This document shows positions 1 to 6,456 of a stretch of DNA of 10,162 bases, in pieces. The stretch is taken from contig JASFVE010000067.1 in the NCBI GenBank assembly GCA_050049995.1, forward strand, positions 1 through 10,162, read 5' to 3'. A model generated the notes under the pieces. It was not told the origin of the DNA. It saw only the letters and a list, made by a program, of their open reading frames with translations, and did not search any database. The translations under genes were made by a program, and so were the position numbers. The first letter of the stretch is position 1; each line of letters begins with the position of its first letter. This DNA is from Chlamydiota bacterium (lineage in GTDB: Bacteria > Chlamydiota > Chlamydiia > Chlamydiales > SM23-39).

Positions 1-417
1 AACAGCTTCTTCAAATTTAATGGTGAGGTGAAATTTTTTGCTTGCGCCTTTTTGAGATCGACTGTGGTTGTCAGAGCTTTCAAATCCAAAAAAAGAATCA
101 AAAACCGACTCTGTCCCACCACCAAATGCTCCCATAAAAGTTCGAAGGGCTTCTTCCATAGAGGCAAATCCATGTGAGCTGCCAGCTCCCATAGAGGCAT
201 TTAGTCCTTCTTCACCATATTGGTCATAAAGCTGTCGTTGCTTAGGGTCACTTAATACTTCGTATGCTTGAGAAACTTCTTTAAAATGAGCTTCCGCAGC
301 AGCATCTCCAGGATTTTTATCAGGATGATACTTTAGTGCTTTTTTTCGATAAGCTTTCTTGATCTGTTCCTGTGTAGCATTGCGCTCAACGCCTAAAATT
401 TGATAATAGTCTTGCAT
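1..417 (-). CDS. dnaJ: Molecular chaperone DnaJ (Hsp40), 5' part; runs off the left edge of the window
   Basis: Not in the ORF track; translated by hand from ATG at 417-415: [68 protein letters not shown]. This is a J-domain with the HPD motif, followed by a G/F-rich region ([14 protein letters not shown]) and [16 protein letters not shown]. The frame is open to position 1. Confidence 0.97.
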   Translation of the reverse strand, partial: MQDYYQILGVERNATQEQIKKAYRKKALKYHPDKNPGDAAAEAHFKEVSQAYEVLSDPKQRQLYDQYGEEGLNASMGAGSSHGFASMEEALRTFMGAFGGGTESVFDSFFGFESSDNHSRSQKGASKKFHLTIKFEEAV

Positions 418-444
418 GATGATGGTCTATATTTTTAACACGTG

Positions 445-474
445 ATTATAACAAAAGAGGAAAATTTTTAGCAA
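445..474 (-). promoter_or_regulatory. Putative sigma66/sigma70-type promoter for dnaJ
   Basis: Minus strand reads TTGCTA (474-469), an 18-nt spacer, then TATAAT (450-445) with an extended -10 (TGtTATAAT). It ends 27 nt upstream of the dnaJ ATG. Confidence 0.65.
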
Positions 475-494
475 ATAAAGTTAAAAAGTGCTAA
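468..494. promoter_or_regulatory. CIRCE-like HrcA operator upstream of dnaJ
   Basis: Minus strand TTAGCACTT-N9-ATTTGCTAA versus consensus TTAGCACTC-N9-GAGTGCTAA. Matches are 8/9 and 6/9, the spacer is exactly 9 nt, and the TTAGCA/TGCTAA inverted repeat is perfect. It overlaps the predicted -35 box. Confidence 0.75.
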
Positions 495-500
495 CTGAGC

Positions 501-695
501 TTAGTAAGACTTTCTAGCTGCGTTTTTAGCTCTTTTTAAAGCGGCTTTAGATTTAGCTCTTTTTTTATCAGAAGGTTTGTCGTGATAGCGGTGTGCTTTA
601 TTGCATTTCATAACGCCTTCTTTATCAAGTTTTTTCTTTAGGGCTCGTAGGGCTTTATCTATTGGTTCTCCAATTCGAACTTTAACACTCGACAT
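501..695 (-). CDS. rpsU: 30S ribosomal protein bS21
   Basis: 64-aa basic protein with [24 protein letters not shown]...[12 protein letters not shown], the S21 signature in a chlamydial-like form. GGAG lies upstream at 711-708. Confidence 0.97.
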   Translation of the reverse strand: MSSVKVRIGEPIDKALRALKKKLDKEGVMKCNKAHRYHDKPSDKKRAKSKAALKRAKNAARKSY

Positions 696-754
696 AAGTT
701 TTTAGTACTCCGGTTGTTTTTTGCACAAAATAATAATTAATTAGGTTGTTTAGA

Positions 755-1381
755 TCAAGAACCTCTCAAATACAAGATCTCTAAATCATTTAAATTGGTA
801 AATTTTTTATTTAACCATTTGTCCCACAAATAGTGAGACAAGAAGTCAATATTGGGCTTCAAGGACATCCAGCGGGCATTATCATGGTCTATTTTTTTCT
901 TTAATATTTCTGTCTCACAAGAACAAAGAATTGTAGGATTTTGCATGTTTTTTTGCATAAACTGGTCAATTTTTGACAGGTATGGACCCTTAAAAGAGGC
1001 TGAAGGCCCCTCTTTTTTCCCTTCTAAAACAAAAATTCCATCAATTTTCGCATCCAAAAGAATAAAAAAACTGCCGGATATATCTGGTGTGAAAGCTTTA
1101 AGGGAAGAAAAAGTAATAAGGGGAATGTTCAGGCTATAACATAAAGATTTGGCTATGGTAGCTGCGACTCTAGAACCAGTATAAGATCCTGGACCAATAC
1201 CTGTGCAAACAAAATCAATAGAAGAAGGATCTGGGAAAAAATCAAGTATAGCTTTAAAAGTGTCGTTAGAGAGCTGCCTTTTATTTTCAAGAAAGACATG
1301 TTCATTGACTTTTCCATTTTTTAGAACAGCAATAACGGAGCTGTCAGTGCTAGTTTCTAAAATTAAACCTTGATGATCCAT
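755..1381 (-). CDS. tsaB: tRNA threonylcarbamoyladenosine (t6A) biosynthesis protein TsaB (YeaZ)
   Basis: N-terminal LILETS, the hallmark GIGPGSYTGSRVA motif, LDAK, and C-terminal EILYLR; 208 aa. Confidence 0.93.
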   Translation of the reverse strand: MDHQGLILETSTDSSVIAVLKNGKVNEHVFLENKRQLSNDTFKAILDFFPDPSSIDFVCTGIGPGSYTGSRVAATIAKSLCYSLNIPLITFSSLKAFTPDISGSFFILLDAKIDGIFVLEGKKEGPSASFKGPYLSKIDQFMQKNMQNPTILCSCETEILKKKIDHDNARWMSLKPNIDFLSHYLWDKWLNKKFTNLNDLEILYLRGS

Positions 1382-1425
1382 GGTAATTTAAATTATGGGT
1401 TGATACTGTTTATTTTATAGGGGAG

Positions 1426-1453
1426 ATTATATCATAAGAAAGTGCTTTTTCAA
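1426..1453 (-). promoter_or_regulatory. Putative sigma66/sigma70-type promoter for tsaB-rpsU(-dnaJ)
   Basis: Minus strand TTGAAA (1453-1448), N16, TATAAT (1431-1426) with an extended -10 (TGaTATAAT). It lies in the divergent tsaB/lon intergenic region, 44 nt upstream of the tsaB ATG. Confidence 0.7.
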
Positions 1454-1536
1454 AGCGAACATATTGCATAGATTTGTTAACACTTGTTAAGGTATGATCC
1501 TTATTTATGACTTTTATGCTATTGTGAGGCTTAATT

Positions 1537-4047
1537 TTGGACGAAAAAAATAAAGATTCTAAACACCCCGAAATAGAAATAGAGAAAGAAAAGCAGCTTC
1601 CCCGTATTGCTCCTGTATTTCCTGAGGAAGTTTTTATTATACCGCTTACAAGGCGTCCTTTTTTCCCTGGAATGGCAGCTCCCATTATCATTGAACCAGG
1701 TAGCTATTACGAAGCTTTAAAGCAAGTTTCAAAAACCAACCATAAGTGCATGGGTGTTTTCTTAACGAAAGATGAAGATGCAAATATTTATAAGCTTGGC
1801 ATCGATGATATTTATCATGTGGGTGTAGTGGCTCGTATCTTACGAATAATTCCGTTAGAGCAAGGTGGAGCTCAAGTTGTATTAAATATGGAAAAGAGAA
1901 TTTCCATTAAAGAAGAGGTCAAGGAATTATCATTAAAAGCAAAAGTAGAATATCATGATGATCTGCCTCCAGATCATCTTTCAAAAGAACTTAAGGCTTA
2001 TTCCATTAGTATTATCTCTACTATTAAAGAGTTGCTCAAACTTAATCCTCTTTTCAAAGAAGAACTGCAAATTTTTCTCGGGCACTCTGACTTTACAGAA
2101 CCAGGGCGGTTAGCTGATTTTGCTGTTGCCTTAACTACAGCAACAAGAGAAGAGTTGCAAGATGTCTTAGAGACATTCGACTTGCAGCATCGTATTGATA
2201 AAGCTCTATTACTTTTGAAAAAAGAGCTTGATCTCAGCAAGCTGCAAAGCAATATCAATCAAAGGATTGAAGCGAATATTTCCAAAACACAACGTGAGTT
2301 TTTCTTAAAAGAGCAGCTAAAAGCAATCAAAAAAGAACTTGGCATGGAAAAAGATGATAAAAGCTTTGACGTGGAAAAGTTCGAAAAGCGCTTGGAAGAA
2401 AGAAAAGTGCCTAATGATGTGATGAAAGTGATCCATGATGAAATGGAAAAACTAAACTCTCTAGAAATACAGTCTCCTGAATATTCTGTCAGCCGTAACT
2501 ACTTAGACTGGTTGACTGTAGTTCCCTGGGGCATGTTGAGTAAAGAAAATGACGATCTTGAAGTTGCTGAGAACGTTCTAGAAGAAGATCACTATGGCCT
2601 GAAAGACATTAAAGAGAGAATTTTAGAGTTTATTGGAGTGGGTAAACTAACAGGGGGCATAAAGGGAAGTATTATTTGCCTTGTTGGTCCTCCAGGGGTT
2701 GGTAAAACTAGCATTGGAAAAAGTGTTGCTAGAGCCCTGAATAGAAAATTCTACCGCTTTTCAGTTGGCGGTATGAGAGATGAGGCGGAAATTAAAGGAC
2801 ATAGAAGAACTTACATAGGTTCCATGCCCGGTAAAATGATTCAAGCACTGAAAAGCACTGAAACGATGAATCCTGTGATTATGATTGATGAAATTGATAA
2901 AATGGGCATGAGCTTTCATGGAGATCCAGCATCAGCTCTTCTAGAGGTGTTAGACCCGGAGCAGAATAAAGACTTTTTGGATCATTATTTAGATGTTCCT
3001 TGTGATTTATCTAATGTACTTTTCATGGTTACTGCAAATATTATTGATACAATTCCCGAACCATTAAAGGACCGTATGGAGATCATGCGTCTTTCTGGAT
3101 ATATTCAAGCTGAAAAAGTTGAGATCGCAAAAAAATACCTTATTCCTAGGAATCGCAAAAAAATGGGATTAAAGGCTACGCAAATACAATTTTCCAAAAA
3201 TGCCGTAGCGGGGATTATTTACGGGTATGCCCGTGAAGCTGGTGTAAGGAATTTAGAAAATCTGATTAAAAAGATTTTAAGAAAAATAGCCATGAAGGTT
3301 GCAAAGGAAAAAGATCCAAAGAAGATAGAAAAGACTGTTATAACAGATGAAAATTTAGATGAATATTTAGGGAAGCCCATCTTTACTTCTGATCGTTATT
3401 ATGAACATACACCCATTGGAGTATGTACGGGTCTTGCTTGGACATCACTTGGTGGAGCAACTCTTTATGTTGAAGCATCTCAGTCTCCAGCAGACCGAAC
3501 TGACATGAAACTTACAGGTCAAGCAGGAGATGTGATGAGAGAGTCAGCAATGATTGCCTGGAGCTTTGTGCATAGTAATTCAAAAAAATATGTACCTGGT
3601 GTCGAATTTTTCCCTAAAGCACAAGTTCATATTCACATTCCAGAAGGCGCAACTCCTAAAGATGGCCCTTCAGCTGGAGTTACCATGGTAACATCTGTAC
3701 TGTCTCTGCTTTTAAATGAAAGAGTCAGAGACGATCTTGGAATGACTGGAGAAATAACCTTAACGGGGAAAGTTCTTCGTATTGGTGGAGTCAGAGAAAA
3801 GCTTATTGCTGCTAGAAGGTCACACTTGAATGTGTTAATTTTTCCTAAGGAGAATAGGAGAGATTACGATGAGCTTCCAGATTACTTAAAAAAGAAAATA
3901 GAAGTCCATTTTGTGGACTATTATGACGAGGTCTTTAATATTGCTTTCCCAAAAAGAAAAATTAAGATTTCAGCTGAAAAGCCAACAAAAAAGACTGCAG
4001 CCAAAGCAGCTAGAAAAAAAAGTCCAAGAGCTAAAAAAACAAGGTAA
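1537..4047 (+). CDS. lon: ATP-dependent protease La (LonA) with a basic Lys/Ala-rich C-terminal extension
   Basis: Lon N-domain (PLTRRPFFPGM), Walker A GPPGVGKT, GHRRTYIGSMPG, Walker B MIDEIDK, and the Ser-Lys dyad motifs PKDGPSAG and IGGVREK. TTG start with GAGG at 1526-1529. Confidence 0.98.
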   Translation: MDEKNKDSKHPEIEIEKEKQLPRIAPVFPEEVFIIPLTRRPFFPGMAAPIIIEPGSYYEALKQVSKTNHKCMGVFLTKDEDANIYKLGIDDIYHVGVVARILRIIPLEQGGAQVVLNMEKRISIKEEVKELSLKAKVEYHDDLPPDHLSKELKAYSISIISTIKELLKLNPLFKEELQIFLGHSDFTEPGRLADFAVALTTATREELQDVLETFDLQHRIDKALLLLKKELDLSKLQSNINQRIEANISKTQREFFLKEQLKAIKKELGMEKDDKSFDVEKFEKRLEERKVPNDVMKVIHDEMEKLNSLEIQSPEYSVSRNYLDWLTVVPWGMLSKENDDLEVAENVLEEDHYGLKDIKERILEFIGVGKLTGGIKGSIICLVGPPGVGKTSIGKSVARALNRKFYRFSVGGMRDEAEIKGHRRTYIGSMPGKMIQALKSTETMNPVIMIDEIDKMGMSFHGDPASALLEVLDPEQNKDFLDHYLDVPCDLSNVLFMVTANIIDTIPEPLKDRMEIMRLSGYIQAEKVEIAKKYLIPRNRKKMGLKATQIQFSKNAVAGIIYGYAREAGVRNLENLIKKILRKIAMKVAKEKDPKKIEKTVITDENLDEYLGKPIFTSDRYYEHTPIGVCTGLAWTSLGGATLYVEASQSPADRTDMKLTGQAGDVMRESAMIAWSFVHSNSKKYVPGVEFFPKAQVHIHIPEGATPKDGPSAGVTMVTSVLSLLLNERVRDDLGMTGEITLTGKVLRIGGVREKLIAARRSHLNVLIFPKENRRDYDELPDYLKKKIEVHFVDYYDEVFNIAFPKRKIKISAEKPTKKTAAKAARKKSPRAKKTR

Positions 4048-4453
4048 CACTATTGTTACTGTAAACGGCTCCTTTGATTTGCTGCATGCAGGTCATTTGC
4101 AAATGTTATATGAAGCATCCCTGCAGGGCGATATATTAATTGTTGCCTTAAATACTGATGCTTCTATACGTGGCTATAAGAGTGAGAAAAGACCTATTAT
4201 AGAACTTGAGTATCGTCTGCAAATGATGAGTGCTTTAGAGTTTGTTGATTATGTTACTTGGTTTGATGAGTTAGACCCTCGCAACCTATTACAAAAGATT
4301 AAGCCTCACGTTCATGTAAATGGGTCCGAGTATGGCAAAGATTGTCTTGAAGCTACTACAGTAATTGCCAATGGTGGAAAAATGCATATTGTGAAATTAA
4401 TCGATGGATTATCGACATCTAAAATTATAGAAAAGATCAAAACATGCGAATAG
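3941..4453 (+). CDS. rfaE2: RfaE domain II / HldC-type nucleotidyltransferase (probable D-glycero-beta-D-manno-heptose 1-phosphate adenylyltransferase)
   Basis: NGSFDLLHAGH (HxGH motif), LIVALNTDASIRGYK..KRPI, HVNGSEY and C-terminal GLSTSKIIEKI. The start is uncertain: TTG 3911, ATG 3923 or TTG 3941. I chose 3941 because GAGGT at 3928-3932 sits 8 nt upstream. All candidate starts lie inside lon. Confidence 0.85.
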   Translation: MLSQKEKLRFQLKSQQKRLQPKQLEKKVQELKKQGNTIVTVNGSFDLLHAGHLQMLYEASLQGDILIVALNTDASIRGYKSEKRPIIELEYRLQMMSALEFVDYVTWFDELDPRNLLQKIKPHVHVNGSEYGKDCLEATTVIANGGKMHIVKLIDGLSTSKIIEKIKTCE

Positions 4454-5556
4454 TTGGAGAAATTGTCAATCAAGACTTTGCGAGAAGGTTTTCTTACTTT
4501 TTAAAAAAACAAGGTATTGAAAACAAAGTAGAAAGTGAATCCCATGATAGCCAAGATGTTTATTCAATATGGGTGTTTGATGAAGATCAGGTGGAAGAGG
4601 CAAAGCAGTTTTTGGCTGAGTTTCAAAAAGATCCTCATAATGAAAAATATGAGGCCCCAAAGACGCAGAATAAAAAACTACATCTTATTGAAGATGTTCC
4701 TTTAGCCCGTCCTGCAAAGAAAAAAAAATCAGAATATTTTCTTACCTTATTCTTTATTGGAATTTGTTTTTTGATTTATGGCCTTAACCTTTCTCAGGAA
4801 CTTTCTTTGAGTCAAAAAGAAGGTAAACATATGGCTGTTTTAATTACGCCTATTCAACTTCTGTTATTTTATGATGTTACACAACCTGTGTTAGAAATTA
4901 AAAATGCAGTAGAAGAATACCCAGTTGAGGCTTTAACAGTTGGTGAAGTACCAGCTGATCTAGCAAAAAGGCTTAAGGAAATTGATGAAATGCCCCAGTT
5001 TAGGGGAGTTTATGAGATTTTACTCAATAAGGTAAAAAATCAAAAAAAACTGTCATCTGGCCCTATGTTTGTGAAAATCCGAGAGGGGCAAATTTGGCGG
5101 CTGTTTAGCCCATGTATTTTACATACTTCACTTTTGCACATTATTTTCAATATGTTGTGGTTGTGGGTTTTAGGAAAGCAAGTAGAAGAAAGGGTTAAGC
5201 GATGGAAAATTGTCCTGTTTATTTTATGCGTAGGGATTATTTCTAACACAGCCCAATATTTAGTTAGTGGCCCATTATTCTTAGGGTTTTCAGGTGTTGT
5301 TGTAGGAATGGCAGGCTTTATTTATGCAAGGCAGAAATATGCTCCTTGGGAAGGATATCCGCTTCAACGGTCGACCCTTCTTTTTTTAGGGATTTTTCTA
5401 GTTGCGATGCTGGGGTTGCAAGTTGTTTCTTTTTTCATCCAAACATTTATGGAAGACTTGTTCATTTTCAATATTGCTAATACGGCGCACATTATAGGTG
5501 GTGTTGTAGGGATTTTATTAGGAAGAAGTTCTTTTTTTGCTATGGAGGCTAAATGA
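4444..5556 (+). CDS. Rhomboid-family intramembrane serine protease (GlpG-like, with cytoplasmic N-terminal domain)
   Basis: GlpG-like N-domain (ARRFSYFLKKQGI...IWVFDEDQVEEAKQFLAEFQKDP..EKY), L1 WR motif QIWRLFSPCILH, HIIFNMLWLW, catalytic GFSG (Ser codon 5290-5292) and ANTAHIIGG (His codon 5488-5490). Several hydrophobic segments; 10-nt overlap with the upstream gene. Confidence 0.92.
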   Translation: MRIVGEIVNQDFARRFSYFLKKQGIENKVESESHDSQDVYSIWVFDEDQVEEAKQFLAEFQKDPHNEKYEAPKTQNKKLHLIEDVPLARPAKKKKSEYFLTLFFIGICFLIYGLNLSQELSLSQKEGKHMAVLITPIQLLLFYDVTQPVLEIKNAVEEYPVEALTVGEVPADLAKRLKEIDEMPQFRGVYEILLNKVKNQKKLSSGPMFVKIREGQIWRLFSPCILHTSLLHIIFNMLWLWVLGKQVEERVKRWKIVLFILCVGIISNTAQYLVSGPLFLGFSGVVVGMAGFIYARQKYAPWEGYPLQRSTLLFLGIFLVAMLGLQVVSFFIQTFMEDLFIFNIANTAHIIGGVVGILLGRSSFFAMEAK

Positions 5557-6452
5557 GCCTAAGAGATATTGTTATTCTTGGATGCTCCTCACAGCAGCCA
5601 ACTAGAAAAAGAAACCATGGAGCTTATCTATTCCGCTGGAATGAGCAAGGATTACTTTTTGATCCAGGGGAAGGAACACAAAGGCAATTTATTTTTGCGG
5701 AAGTTGCACCTACTGTAGTTAGTCATATTTTTGTCAGTCATTTCCATGGAGATCATTGTCTAGGGCTAGGATCTATGTTGATGCGTCTTAATCTTGACAA
5801 GGTAAAGCATCCCATTCACTGCTTCTATCCTGCTAGTGGAAAAAAGAACTTTGACGCACTTCGCTATGGATGCATTTACCATGAAAACATTCATGTAATT
5901 GAACATCCAGTTAAAGAGCCCGGTTTTGTATACAAAGACGACAAGTTTTTAGTAGAAGCAACTTTTTTAGAGCACGGTGTTGACAATATTGGTTGGAGAG
6001 TTACAGAGCACGATAAACTAAAATTCGATAAGGCAAAGCTTCATGAGAAAAAAATTAAAGGACTTGATGTCAAAAAACTAGAGCACGATAAGAAAATTAC
6101 GATCGAGGGACAAGAAGTTTATATAGATGAGGTCAGCTGGATTGAAAAAGGAAAAAGCATAGCTGTAGTGATTGATACTCGATACTGTGAAAATGCCATT
6201 CAAATTGCAAAAGGGGCCAATGTATTACTTACAGAAAGCACTTATTTAGACTCCCACAAAGACCTGGCCAGGAAATACCTTCACATGACGGCCAAAGAAG
6301 CTGCAACACTTGCCAAAAAAGCGGAAGTCAAAAAGCTAATTTTAACTCATTTTTCAGCAAGGTATCGGGACTTGAGCCTATTTGAAGAGGAAGCTAAAGA
6401 GATATTTCCTCACACCTTTGTAGCAGATGATTTTAAACGGTTTACTTTTTAA
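5553..6452 (+). CDS. rnz: Ribonuclease Z (ElaC, tRNase Z short form)
   Basis: LGCSSQQPTRKRN, LFDPGEGTQRQ, metallo-beta-lactamase motif SHFHGDH, DT, ESTY, HMTA and LTHFSARY. GGAGG RBS at 5544-5548 and ATGA overlap with the rhomboid stop. Confidence 0.96.
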   Translation: MSLRDIVILGCSSQQPTRKRNHGAYLFRWNEQGLLFDPGEGTQRQFIFAEVAPTVVSHIFVSHFHGDHCLGLGSMLMRLNLDKVKHPIHCFYPASGKKNFDALRYGCIYHENIHVIEHPVKEPGFVYKDDKFLVEATFLEHGVDNIGWRVTEHDKLKFDKAKLHEKKIKGLDVKKLEHDKKITIEGQEVYIDEVSWIEKGKSIAVVIDTRYCENAIQIAKGANVLLTESTYLDSHKDLARKYLHMTAKEAATLAKKAEVKKLILTHFSARYRDLSLFEEEAKEIFPHTFVADDFKRFTF

Positions 6453-6456
6453 TCTT

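Noticed and set aside
852..1139. 95-aa plus-strand ORF
   Set aside because: Entirely antisense to tsaB, with no recognisable motif; a shadow ORF.
1439..1448. AAAGTGCTTT resembling a CIRCE half-site upstream of lon/tsaB
   Set aside because: No partner TTAGCAC arm at 9-nt spacing, so it is not a CIRCE.
1410..1691. 93-aa minus-strand ORF
   Set aside because: Antisense to the lon 5' end and runs through the promoter region. The Ser/Ile/Phe-rich sequence mirrors lon's Glu/Lys codons.
1998..2258. 86-aa minus-strand ORF
   Set aside because: Antisense shadow within lon with Ser-rich mirror composition.
2843..2862. 10-bp tandem repeat AAGCACTGAA x2 in lon
   Set aside because: Only two copies, encoding ordinary conserved Lon sequence (QALKSTET) with the frame intact; likely chance.
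4720..4728. A9 homopolymer in the rhomboid gene as a phase-variation tract
   Set aside because: Encodes a Lys run before TM1 (positive-inside rule). A7-A9 runs are frequent throughout this AT-rich window and the frame is intact.
4466..5249. Two short minus-strand ORFs (4466-4660 and 5040-5249)
   Set aside because: Antisense to the well-supported rhomboid gene, with no motifs.
6005..6091. 12-bp direct repeat AGAGCACGATAA (6005-6016 and 6080-6091) in rnz
   Set aside because: In-frame reuse of EHDK codons. Too short and too few copies for a CRISPR array or a mobile-element end.
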